A stretch of DNA of 64,000 bases, taken from IMG/VR virus record IMGVR_UViG_3300030202_000991; one strand, 5' to 3'. Under the pieces are notes generated by a model. The model had not been told where the DNA came from. It saw nothing but the letters and a program-made list of their open reading frames with translations, and ran no database searches. This document shows positions 1-8,524 of the stretch, piece by piece. The DNA is from an uncultured virus (IMG/VR IMGVR_UViG_3300030202_000991). Its lineage: Duplodnaviria > Heunggongvirae > Uroviricota > Caudoviricetes. Both the position numbers and the translations under genes were made by a program. Position 1 is the first letter of the stretch. The number at the start of each line of letters is the position of its first letter.

Positions 1-290
1 TCTGTTACACATTTTGCCCATAACGAAATATGGGAAAGAGCGCAAGCAACTTCTCCTCTTGTCATGTAATGGTCTATGATTTTAACGCAATCCATAATCG
101 GGTTATGGTGATCCGGTGCTTGTATTTCACCGTCAATGCCATTGTAAGCATCCCAATATTTGTATTGTTGTCCTACCTGTTCACAAGAAGCTGCACAATT
201 TTTAGCCTTACACTCAGAATCCTCAAGTCCTTTGACTCGAATAATATACGCTGAATCTACTTCTAAATTGTAAGAGAAAAAAAGATTCAC
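1..290 (-). CDS. Glycosyltransferase family 25-like protein, partial (runs off window start); paralog of 61279..61977
   Basis: GTG start at 290 overlaps the TAG of the upstream gene; MNLFFSYNL N-terminus and nucleotide sequence align with 61688-61977. Confidence 0.75.
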   Translation of the reverse strand, partial: MNLFFSYNLEVDSAYIIRVKGLEDSECKAKNCAASCEQVGQQYKYWDAYNGIDGEIQAPDHHNPIMDCVKIIDHYMTRGEVACALSHISLWAKCVT

Positions 291-703
291 TATAAACCAT
301 CCACATCATCATGTGTTTCGGCAGCATTAATAACATCTATACGGGATTCATAAATTGCTTGTGCGGTGGCTACGGCTGAAGCGTCATACTGAGTTGTAGG
401 GTAGTTATCTATTTCTTTGGCTAACTCTCTTCTTACTACTATTTCAAAATCAGCGTTTGCTGAAGCAACTAAACTGCCTTTACGTTCACCAACTGTAAGC
501 TCTCTTTTGGCCCACACAATTTGTGCTGGAGTAGCCTCAAGGTCAAAAGAATGTGTTGTAAACATTTCTCGGTTAGCAACAAGGTCTGGAAAAACCTCTA
601 CTGCTTCACGCCAACCTTCTTGATTACTAGGCGGCGTGGTGTCCCAAACTTCTTTCACTTGGCCGTCTACAACTTGAATCCAATATCCTGTTTTTGTAAC
701 CAT
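290..703 (-). CDS. Hypothetical 137-aa protein (possible tail-fibre assembly chaperone); paralog of 61974..62387
   Basis: ORF with AGGAG RBS; near-identical C-terminal half (RRELAKEIDNYPTTQYDASAVATAQ) in both copies; function inferred from context only. Confidence 0.7.
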   Translation of the reverse strand: MVTKTGYWIQVVDGQVKEVWDTTPPSNQEGWREAVEVFPDLVANREMFTTHSFDLEATPAQIVWAKRELTVGERKGSLVASANADFEIVVRRELAKEIDNYPTTQYDASAVATAQAIYESRIDVINAAETHDDVDGL

Positions 704-2450
704 GTGTATCTCCTAAATTTTCTTTTACTTTTTCAAAAGGCTCATCCCAATTTCCATAAGTCGTTTGCCTAAACAAAGTAACACTGTCGTACCACTCCGA
801 CTTATTTCCCGGTTTTGCCCACAAATAATAAGGAAGAATAGGGACTAGTATCCAAGTATCTACCCCCATTGCCGCTGATAGGTGAGCTACAGAAGTACAT
901 GAGGTAATTACTAAATCACAAGTTGCAATAGCGTGTCGAGTGTCGCCCCAATGTTGAAGTGAAACTTCTTTTACCCATTCTGGTTTATGCTGCGAACCCT
1001 CGTCACGCTGTAAAGATACAAAATCTGCCTCTATATCCTTTACTGCATCAAACAACTTACTGCTTGGAAATAACCTATGCTGCTCATGTTCAAACTTTGG
1101 ATTGCCTTGCCATCTAAGCCCTATTCGTAATTTTTTATTTAGAGGAGTTAGCGGCTTAGAAATATAAGGTGACCCATCAACATCGGCATACTGTAGCTCA
1201 AGAGGTATCACGGCAGACATAGCAGGAACCCAAAAATCGTGTACGACACCACCCGCAGCTTTCGTTACAACCACGGCACTGACACCGGGAACATCTCGAA
1301 AAAGACTTGTTAACTCTGGAGAGCAAGCCACAATCACCTCGCAACCTTTATTTACAATGTAGCGCACCATTCCTGCACCGTGAATCTGATCGCCTAAACC
1401 ACCTTCAAGGTTAAGCAAGACTGTACCTTTGCTTTTTCCATCCCAAAGAGGCACTGGCGAACTGGGGTTGGGGTTACCAAATACATCTTCGTTCCTACCC
1501 CGTACAAGAAGGCGGTGTCCGTCTAAAAGTTTTCCTTTACGTAACTCATACCATCCACGATTAAAAGCCGCTCGGTCATTACGGGGTTCTTCACGACCAA
1601 GTTCGTCTCCTAATTTTGCTGCCTCATCTAAATTACCAAGCAACCCTGCCGCTAACATCATGTCTAACTTATGTATAGGAAGACGCGAACTTGTCTCACC
1701 TTGCCAAAAACGAGGTTGGACAAAATCTCTGTACCGATGTTGTAAAACATCTTGCGCGGAAGGAACAATAGCTTGTTTTAATTGTTTACGAACATCATGT
1801 AACCCTTTTATGCCCCAGACTTCTTCGTCTTTTTCGTGAAGGCCAGTAGCATCAATATTGTCCGTATCATAGGTATGGGGAGAAAGTTCTAAAAACTTTT
1901 CTATCCCTCGTAAAGTTTCTTCTGGATTACTGTTTAACTCATCATAATCCACATAATAAATATATTCTCTCTTCCAGTGATGAGCTTTTAGCAAATCTAC
2001 ATAAGATTCTTGAATATGCTTAACGTAGGGAGATTCTCGTAAAAAAGAAGAAAGTTCATTAGGTTTTGCAATGCGTACCATAGACGCTACACAATCTTCT
2101 ACATTGCGAACGGTAGCAATAATCTTAGGGGGATAACCCAAAGACATTTCCATAGTGTGTATATTTTGCGCTTTTACCCACCCTCTCTCTTTATTTAAAA
2201 TAATGTTTTTATCTGTATCCCGACATTTGACTTCGCAAAGTGCTTTGATTGCATCGCCCTTTTCTTGAGGAATCCTATCAGTACCGATCCGCGCTGGCTC
2301 ACACTCTTCCCAAGCTCTTAGCATCGCCGTCAAGATTCCTAATAAGCCAGACGTTGCGGTAGTATGTAACTCAGGATGTTGTTTTAAGAGTGCAGCAAGT
2401 ACGGTAGAACCCGACCGAGGTAGTCCTGCTAAGAAGTGGAGCTTTTTCAT
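627..2450 (-). CDS. Sulfotransferase - TPR - GT9-like glycosyltransferase fusion
   Basis: N-terminal GLPRSGST 5'-PAPS-binding loop and VRNVEDCVAS 3'-phosphate motif; TPR-like AAFNRGWYEL; GT-B/GT9-type motifs LEGGLGDQI, IGLRWQGNP, DLVITSCTSVAHLSAAMG. Confidence 0.85.
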   Translation of the reverse strand: MKKLHFLAGLPRSGSTVLAALLKQHPELHTTATSGLLGILTAMLRAWEECEPARIGTDRIPQEKGDAIKALCEVKCRDTDKNIILNKERGWVKAQNIHTMEMSLGYPPKIIATVRNVEDCVASMVRIAKPNELSSFLRESPYVKHIQESYVDLLKAHHWKREYIYYVDYDELNSNPEETLRGIEKFLELSPHTYDTDNIDATGLHEKDEEVWGIKGLHDVRKQLKQAIVPSAQDVLQHRYRDFVQPRFWQGETSSRLPIHKLDMMLAAGLLGNLDEAAKLGDELGREEPRNDRAAFNRGWYELRKGKLLDGHRLLVRGRNEDVFGNPNPSSPVPLWDGKSKGTVLLNLEGGLGDQIHGAGMVRYIVNKGCEVIVACSPELTSLFRDVPGVSAVVVTKAAGGVVHDFWVPAMSAVIPLELQYADVDGSPYISKPLTPLNKKLRIGLRWQGNPKFEHEQHRLFPSSKLFDAVKDIEADFVSLQRDEGSQHKPEWVKEVSLQHWGDTRHAIATCDLVITSCTSVAHLSAAMGVDTWILVPILPYYLWAKPGNKSEWYDSVTLFRQTTYGNWDEPFEKVKENLGDTHGYKNRILDSSCRRPSERSLGHHAA

Positions 2451-2453
2451 ACT

Positions 2454-3605
2454 TTATGCTCTACCTCCCATAGCAGTAGCACTACCGGTTGTACCTAGAT
2501 GTATAGCCGTCCAATCCGTTTGAGAGCCTATTTGTACAGGGGAAGAATACTTTACGGGGTTTTTAGTGCTTTGCCCCGCTTGACCTATCCAATTAGCTCC
2601 CCATGCCCATATAGTTCCATCGGTTTTTTTCGCAAGAGTTATACCGTTTCCGGGCCTAATGTCTTCCCAAGTGGTTAACGCACCCACTTGCTGAAAGGTG
2701 GTCTGAGTGGTGGTCGTCACATTGCGCCCAAGTTCTCCATTATTGTTTCTACCTGCCATATACAATTTACCAGCGTCAATGGCTCCTGAAGTTTGATAAC
2801 CTGCGCCACAAGCCGTCCAACCCGTACTTGAACCTACTTGGTTAGGACTATTCGTATTACCTGTACCACCATTCCCCAACTGCCCATAATTATTATTTCC
2901 CCAAGTCCATAAAGTGCCATCTGTTTTAACATGTATTTGGTGATTTTCACCGCCGCTAGCTCCTTTTAGCCAGTTGGTTAAAGAGCCAATTTGTACAGGG
3001 GATGATTTATTTGGCGTGTCTGTGCTATTACCTAAACCTCCTTGAGAAGCTATCCCCCACGTCCACAGAGTGCCATCTGTTTTGACTGCTTGAACCGCCG
3101 CGTAACCCCCTCCAGTAGTCCAAGCCCACGTTGTAAGCGACCCAATTTGCACAGGAGATGAATATTTTGAAATGTCGCCTGAGCCAGTGTTTACTCCAAC
3201 CGCTCCGTAATCATTCTCTCCCCAACCCCAAAGCGATCCATCTTTTTTAATGACGTGACAAGCAACGCCTTCTTGGTTTAGAACTCCACCCGTCCAATTA
3301 GTTAACGAACCTATTTGAATAGGCGAAGAAGCGTTAAGCCCTGTATTCCAACAACCAAATCTTCCGTCTCCGCAACTATACAGATGACCACTTGAACGAG
3401 TTCCAACAAAGTTATAAGCACCTGAAAATTGAAGCCAATCTGTTTCGGAACCTAATTGAATAGGAGAAGAGCTTTCACCCGCAGTATCGTTTAAATTTCT
3501 TGCTGATGATCCGTTATAGTTACCACCCCAAACATAAAGACTAGAAGGCGTAGCGCCTGAAGCTAACGCAAAGTTGCCCAGCATCATTAAAGTTATTCCA
3601 GACAT
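2454..3605 (-). CDS. RCC1/ATS1-like beta-propeller repeat protein (putative tail-associated receptor-binding protein)
   Basis: About 7 repeats of the type KTDGTLWTWGxNxxGQLG...SSPVQIGSLTNW; lies directly after tail-fibre-like gene. Confidence 0.85.
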   Translation of the reverse strand: MSGITLMMLGNFALASGATPSSLYVWGGNYNGSSARNLNDTAGESSSPIQLGSETDWLQFSGAYNFVGTRSSGHLYSCGDGRFGCWNTGLNASSPIQIGSLTNWTGGVLNQEGVACHVIKKDGSLWGWGENDYGAVGVNTGSGDISKYSSPVQIGSLTTWAWTTGGGYAAVQAVKTDGTLWTWGIASQGGLGNSTDTPNKSSPVQIGSLTNWLKGASGGENHQIHVKTDGTLWTWGNNNYGQLGNGGTGNTNSPNQVGSSTGWTACGAGYQTSGAIDAGKLYMAGRNNNGELGRNVTTTTQTTFQQVGALTTWEDIRPGNGITLAKKTDGTIWAWGANWIGQAGQSTKNPVKYSSPVQIGSQTDWTAIHLGTTGSATAMGGRA

Positions 3606-3617
3606 AAGTAGTTACCC

Positions 3618-4610
3618 TTATATGTTTCCAGTAATGACACACACGGTTGCGCTAATAAATAAAATAGTGGCAACCCCTCTCGTGGCTAAAGTTGCCGTAG
3701 CAATATCAGCGTCCTCACCTGCTTTGTAAGCAGTAGTGATTGTACAAGTTATGGTCACATCACCTGTGGTGTTATTAAAAATAGAAATTACATCGCCTTC
3801 TGCAAAAGTAGAGTTAGGTATTACAATCGCACCGCTAGAGCCGCATTGGACATATTTGCCAACATCCCCTACAGCAAGCGTGTAACTGCCTGTTTTTGTT
3901 CCCACCGCAGGAGCGTTTCTAAAACCAACTTCATCCGTACCGTCTGCGGTACAACTTTGAAGGTTGCCTGAAGCAGGGGTTCCTAAAGCTGGCGTAACAA
4001 GAGTTGGACTTGTAGCAAACACTAAAGCCCCTGTGCCAGTTTCATCAGTAACCGCAGAGCGCAAATTAGCACTAGAAGGTGTGCCTATCCACGTTGCTAC
4101 TCCAGTGCCGAAAGATGTAATTCCAGTGCCGCCATTTGCTACAGGCAAAGTACCAGTAATTTGACTTGCTAGATTTAGATTAAAATTAGCTAAAGCGTCT
4201 ACAACAGCAGCTCCAGCCCCTGCTCCATCTAAATAAACTATTTTAGTTTCCCCAGTGCCAATATTAATAGTAGCACCTGAACCTTGTTTAATGGTTATGG
4301 TCTGACTACCTGTAGTGGCATTTTCTATCCACATTAAACGAGATAATGTATTAGGAGCTATTGTAAGTTCTCTAGTAGCACTTAAAGTAGCACCTGAAGT
4401 AACTTTAAAATAAAGTGCTCTTGCTGGGTCTGCCGCACCGTCAGCAACAGTTGTAGTAGCGTTACCGTCTGAAGCAAAAGCTGCTTGTGTGTTGTACCCA
4501 AGCGAGTCAGCAATAAGCTCTAAATTAGTATTTGTACTAGTACCCCAAGTGCCGTCTTCATCACCCGTGGTAATTTCTTTAAGCCTTAAATTGTTTACGT
4601 AAGTAGCCAT
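3618..4610 (-). CDS. Tail fibre / virion structural protein
   Basis: Gly/Thr/Ala-rich; GTLPVANGGTG and TDETGTGALVFATSPTLVTPALGTP segments typical of phage fibre proteins; position in tail module. Confidence 0.7.
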   Translation of the reverse strand: MATYVNNLRLKEITTGDEDGTWGTSTNTNLELIADSLGYNTQAAFASDGNATTTVADGAADPARALYFKVTSGATLSATRELTIAPNTLSRLMWIENATTGSQTITIKQGSGATINIGTGETKIVYLDGAGAGAAVVDALANFNLNLASQITGTLPVANGGTGITSFGTGVATWIGTPSSANLRSAVTDETGTGALVFATSPTLVTPALGTPASGNLQSCTADGTDEVGFRNAPAVGTKTGSYTLAVGDVGKYVQCGSSGAIVIPNSTFAEGDVISIFNNTTGDVTITCTITTAYKAGEDADIATATLATRGVATILFISATVCVITGNI

Positions 4611-4619
4611 GATATATTC

Positions 4620-5387
4620 CTATGCCGCTTTGTTTATATCTACCCAGTTAGGTGTTTGTGAATCATTTATTGTTGTCCAACCACCCCTAACTACCGTTCC
4701 TATCGCACCCGTACCGCTTACACCCGTAGGCACTATTGAGCCACTAAACGTTAACCCTACAGTCCCTACCGCGCCTGTTCCTGCTACACCTGTAGCTGTT
4801 GGTATTACAGTGGCTGTACCTGTTCCTACTGCGCCTGTTCCTGCTACACCTGTTGGAACAATCAACTCTGCAAAAGAAATGACTACAGTTCCTACTGCGC
4901 CTGTTCCTGCTACACCTGCTGGGATTACTGTATCATCTCTGATAATCCCTACACTACCTACTGCGCCTGTTCCTGCTACACCTGTTGGTACAATAGCGTC
5001 TGAAAGAGCTATGCTTACAGTCCCTACCGCGCCTGTCCCTGCTACAGAGACATTTCCGTTGTCTCCCCACGCACCGTCACCCCAACCATTTTTACCCCAT
5101 ACAGCACCGAGATACACAATGTTGTTATAGGATAAACCTAATGTCCCTACCGCACCTGTCCCTGCTACACCTGTTGGAACTGCAACTCCAGTGCGATTTA
5201 TGGTAACCGTGCCTACTGCACTTGTCCCTGCTACACCTGTCGGAACAATATTTTCGTCCAGAACAAAACTTACTGTCCCTACTGCACCTGTTCCTACAAC
5301 AGATACATTTCCATTAGCACCCCAAGCACCGTCACCCCAACCGTCTTTACCCCATACAGCGCCAAGATATACAAGTTTATCTGCCAC
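4620..5387 (-). CDS. Repetitive virion structural protein
   Basis: About 9 PTGVAGTGAVGTV-like repeats plus duplicated VYLGAVWGKxGWGDGAWG. Confidence 0.65.
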   Translation of the reverse strand: MADKLVYLGAVWGKDGWGDGAWGANGNVSVVGTGAVGTVSFVLDENIVPTGVAGTSAVGTVTINRTGVAVPTGVAGTGAVGTLGLSYNNIVYLGAVWGKNGWGDGAWGDNGNVSVAGTGAVGTVSIALSDAIVPTGVAGTGAVGSVGIIRDDTVIPAGVAGTGAVGTVVISFAELIVPTGVAGTGAVGTGTATVIPTATGVAGTGAVGTVGLTFSGSIVPTGVSGTGAIGTVVRGGWTTINDSQTPNWVDINKAA

Positions 5388-5396
5388 TATTCAGCC

Positions 5397-5852
5397 TTAA
5401 GCGATACGTATAATCGCAGTAGAAGCACCCGCAGCGGGGAACTGAATGGTAAAGTCGCCAGTACTAACAGTTTGGTCGCCACTAAAACTTAACACTGCAC
5501 AAGCAGAATTAGAATTACTAGTGTTATAAATCATCGCTCCACAAGTAGTAAAAGAAGCACTTGACCAAGTAGTGTCATTAAAATCACAAACAGCCGTAGT
5601 GCTAGAAGCAACTGGAGTTACGTTAGTGAGAGTATTACCACCTGCACTATAACCAGAACCACTTGCCTCATCGCTATTCCCAGTAATATTAGTGTAATTA
5701 GTGCTTGCTGCACCGTAAGTACCCGAACCCGCTGCCTGAGATTTTAACAACGCTATTTTAAGCGTGTCAGCTCCGTTCTGAAGATCGTGTAGCCCTTTAA
5801 GTAATTCTACTTTAAAACTTGTGGGCATTGCTGTTGCTACTGTTATTGCCAT
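5397..5852 (-). CDS. Putative virion structural (tail) protein
   Basis: Ser/Thr/Gly-rich beta-type sequence (GYSAGGNTL, GDFTIQFP); in structural operon with RBS. Confidence 0.6.
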   Translation of the reverse strand: MAITVATAMPTSFKVELLKGLHDLQNGADTLKIALLKSQAAGSGTYGAASTNYTNITGNSDEASGSGYSAGGNTLTNVTPVASSTTAVCDFNDTTWSSASFTTCGAMIYNTSNSNSACAVLSFSGDQTVSTGDFTIQFPAAGASTAIIRIA

Positions 5853-5853
5853 G

Positions 5854-6141
5854 TTATATCTCCAATAGTTTTACAAGTTCCGAATGCCCAGCATCACGGA
5901 ATTGGTTTGCCAAAGTTGTGCGATCTGAACGAATAGCCTGTTTCATATATTCGATCAACACCCCACGGATTTGCTCTTTAAACGCTTCTGCCTGTTCCAC
6001 AACCAAAGGATGGCTATTGCCACCCACATAAATTATTTTATCTAACGCCTGTTCTGCTAACTCCTCTACAGTAAAACCACGCTTTGATACTGTAGTTACT
6101 TTCACAGTCCCTATTTCTACAACACTTTCAGAACTTATCAT
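5854..6141 (-). CDS. Hypothetical protein
   Basis: 95-aa ORF tightly coupled to neighbours. Confidence 0.65.
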   Translation of the reverse strand: MISSESVVEIGTVKVTTVSKRGFTVEELAEQALDKIIYVGGNSHPLVVEQAEAFKEQIRGVLIEYMKQAIRSDRTTLANQFRDAGHSELVKLLEI

Positions 6142-6767
6142 TAGATTGACTCTGCTCTAGTTTGACCACTACGGTAAGCATCTTCGCGTAGTTTTCCGTC
6201 TCCAAGATTTTTAAGTAACGCTACGGATTGTACGTACATTTTCTCATATGTAGCTATAACATCAGGCTCCCCTTTTTGAAACCTAATCGCTTCCATTAAA
6301 GCACCGTTTAATAACGCAGAATCAAATTCCGTACCTAACCATGTAGTTCCAGCAGTAACTATAGACTCTGGATAATAAGCAAAGTGTAGTTCTGCATCAA
6401 AGTTAGCATTAGGAGTTGGCCCTACTATAAAACTATTTTGATCAAACACAGCGTAATGAACTGGCACTCCTGTTGTAGCGGGGTTTGGGTATGCTTCACG
6501 CATAAAATTAGAATCTTTATCTAGCAAATAAATGTAATCACTTCCGCTAACAATCGCTAAAGAGTAAGCGTACAAAAAACCAGAAGGCATTGTTAAATAC
6601 TTATTCCCACTAGTTAAAGAACCTGTTTGGTTTTTTCGCAGTGCAGGTAAAGAAACCGTAGTGTATATTTTTTGCTCTGCCTGTTTAGTAAACATAGCAA
6701 GTTGATCATCTGTGAACGTTTGCTCACAAATGTCGTTAATATTGGCTTTAAGCTCTGTGTAATTCAC
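6141..6767 (-). CDS. Putative head-tail adaptor / tail tubular protein
   Basis: MNYTELKANI start, VGPTPNANFDAELHFAYYP and ALLNGAL motifs resemble podovirus adaptor proteins; context. Confidence 0.55.
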   Translation of the reverse strand: MNYTELKANINDICEQTFTDDQLAMFTKQAEQKIYTTVSLPALRKNQTGSLTSGNKYLTMPSGFLYAYSLAIVSGSDYIYLLDKDSNFMREAYPNPATTGVPVHYAVFDQNSFIVGPTPNANFDAELHFAYYPESIVTAGTTWLGTEFDSALLNGALMEAIRFQKGEPDVIATYEKMYVQSVALLKNLGDGKLREDAYRSGQTRAESI

Positions 6768-6940
6768 TACGCCATTGGCCCTCTTGCTTTAGTACCTTTG
6801 GTAGCCGCACCGTTACCACGGGTTTCTACACCACTTGTTTTCATATCTATAGGCTGGTTAACTTGTGTGCCGGGGCTATAGACTATAGGCTCATTTGGAA
6901 ACTCTATAACTTTAGGTGCTTTTTTACTTTCTCGTTTCAT
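6767..6940 (-). CDS. Small basic hypothetical protein (57 aa; below ORF-track cutoff)
   Basis: ATG at 6940 after GAGG; MKRESKKAPK...RGNGAATKGTKARGPMA; TAG overlaps next GTG start. Confidence 0.7.
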   Translation of the reverse strand: MKRESKKAPKVIEFPNEPIVYSPGTQVNQPIDMKTSGVETRGNGAATKGTKARGPMA

Positions 6941-6952
6941 TCTAAATACCTC

Positions 6953-7615
6953 TTAAGGTGTATTGGCTTGACCGCCCATACCACTATGAGCAGAACAATA
7001 ATAATATAAAGTAGGAGCTGGATCAGCGACTGTTATTTGTGTATATGCTCCTGCATTACCGGGAACCCCACTAGTACTGACTCCAGTGGTGTATTCTGAT
7101 CCCCCATTCCATGTACCATTAGGCGTAGTAGAGAACCGTAACGGGTGCGTACCGTTTGTACCATCTGATTGGTCAAACTTGTAAGTTAGTCCTTCTGTTA
7201 GTTCTATTGTAGGACTCACCACGCCTCCCAAATAAAATTTATTACCCGTCCCATACGAGTTTGTACCTGTTGCAACTGTTACTATAAAAGTATTCGTTAC
7301 TATTCCCGAAATAGTTACAACTCCAACTTTACCAAATCCTACCACTATAGAAGGATCAACTGGCTCTATGTGACCTCTACTTGCAGCTAATTCTGCAAAG
7401 TCAGGTCTGGGGTTTCTAATAGCTTGCGGGTCATCTACCGGAAACTCCCCTAACCTGTTCTGAGGTTGGTCAGGATTCCAACACTCAGGACACGCTTTTA
7501 TTTCAGTTACGTTCCCTCGTTGAACCAAATTTCTTAACTCTCGCAACCTGTACTGAAACCCGCATATGTCACAGATTGCAAGTGCCTGTTGTCCCGATGC
7601 AAACCTCTGCGACAT
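6953..7615 (-). CDS. Zn-finger N-terminus fused to cupredoxin-like C-terminal domain
   Basis: CDICG...CPEC; C-terminal THPLRFS...LYYYCSAHSGMGG. Confidence 0.6.
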   Translation of the reverse strand: MSQRFASGQQALAICDICGFQYRLRELRNLVQRGNVTEIKACPECWNPDQPQNRLGEFPVDDPQAIRNPRPDFAELAASRGHIEPVDPSIVVGFGKVGVVTISGIVTNTFIVTVATGTNSYGTGNKFYLGGVVSPTIELTEGLTYKFDQSDGTNGTHPLRFSTTPNGTWNGGSEYTTGVSTSGVPGNAGAYTQITVADPAPTLYYYCSAHSGMGGQANTP

Positions 7616-7622
7616 ATCTACC

Positions 7623-8327
7623 TCATACTTTATTACGTATTAATGGTACTAGGTTAATAGACGCTTTTTCTCTGTCCTCTTTCGCAGCCAAATCAAACTG
7701 ACGTTCGTACTCTGCCTGTAACATAGGCACTCTTGTAGCTAGTTCAGAGTCTTTCATAGCTACATAGTAAGCTAACCCCGCTACCAAACAAGGTAAAAAT
7801 CTAAAGTTAACATCCGCAGTTTGCACTCCACTACCCGCATCTTGAACTCTTCTCATACGGTAATACTTTAGTATATACGTAGGAGAGTCGGCAGTGCCTT
7901 TATCTGGCACAGGCCACAAGGTTGCTTTTGGGTTGTCCCGCGCTCTATCTATGTAGATTTGTATGGGGCGACCTTGACTTAGTTTATTCGGTATTGTTGC
8001 ATAAGTAGAAACGCTAATACGAGAAACAGTAAGATCAGCTTGTGTAGACACACTTCCACTTCCAGTACGAATAACATGTTCTAGTAAATCAATAGTGTCA
8101 GCGGGTAAATCATAAGTTGCAGTTCCAGCAACTAAATTAACCGTACCTTCATCTATCGTCCACATATTGATCCCACGATTTTGCCACTCAATAGTAAGCA
8201 AATTCATAGACCGCCTTGCAGTACGTAGGTCATAACCAGAACGCATTTCACGCCCAGCTCGTTCCCACGCTTCTTCAGCGATTTCAGTGAAATCCATGTT
8301 AAATGTAGCAGTACCAGAAGTAGCCAT
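7623..8327 (-). CDS. Putative head completion / head-tail connector protein
   Basis: 234 aa; GYDLRTARRSMNLL, LWPVPD, RFLPCLVAGLAYY; position after capsid module. Confidence 0.55.
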   Translation of the reverse strand: MATSGTATFNMDFTEIAEEAWERAGREMRSGYDLRTARRSMNLLTIEWQNRGINMWTIDEGTVNLVAGTATYDLPADTIDLLEHVIRTGSGSVSTQADLTVSRISVSTYATIPNKLSQGRPIQIYIDRARDNPKATLWPVPDKGTADSPTYILKYYRMRRVQDAGSGVQTADVNFRFLPCLVAGLAYYVAMKDSELATRVPMLQAEYERQFDLAAKEDREKASINLVPLIRNKV

Positions 8328-8330
8328 AAT

Positions 8331-8455
8331 TTACTTCTTCTTTTTCTTTACGTGAGCGCCTGTTTTCATTCTTTTAACGGTTACACCACCGCCGCCGCGC
8401 ATTTTCTTAGTAGTTACACCACCACCGCCACGCATTCTACGTTTTTTAACTGGGC
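8331..8455 (-). CDS. Partial alternative allele of the small basic protein at 8525..8692 (assembly bubble)
   Basis: Reads ...PVKKRRMRGGGGVTTKKMRGGGGVTVKRMKTGAHVKKKKK*; cut by N-gap 8456-8465. Confidence 0.55.
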
Positions 8456-8524
8456 NNNNNNNNNNTCTTCAGCGATTTCAGTGAAATCCATGTTAAATGT
8501 AGCAGTACCAGAAGTAGCCATAAG

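Larger units (their letters stand above)
1..2310. repeat. Diverged long direct repeat, copy 1 (copy 2 at 61688..64000)
   Basis: Position 1 tctgttacacattttgcccataacg recurs at 61688; collinear with many substitutions across three genes; right boundary approximate. Confidence 0.9.

Noticed and set aside
1429..1839. 136-aa plus-strand ORF conserved in both duplicate copies (also 63122..63532)
   Set aside because: Antisense to the sulfotransferase-GT gene, no RBS, TTG start; conservation is explained by the sense gene
2454..3605. Diversity-generating retroelement targeting the RCC1 or fibre gene
   Set aside because: No reverse transcriptase and no adenine-specific TR/VR pair seen
4609..5400. 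Plus-strand ORFs with PTAPVPATP repeats
   Set aside because: Antisense shadows of the repetitive minus-strand structural gene
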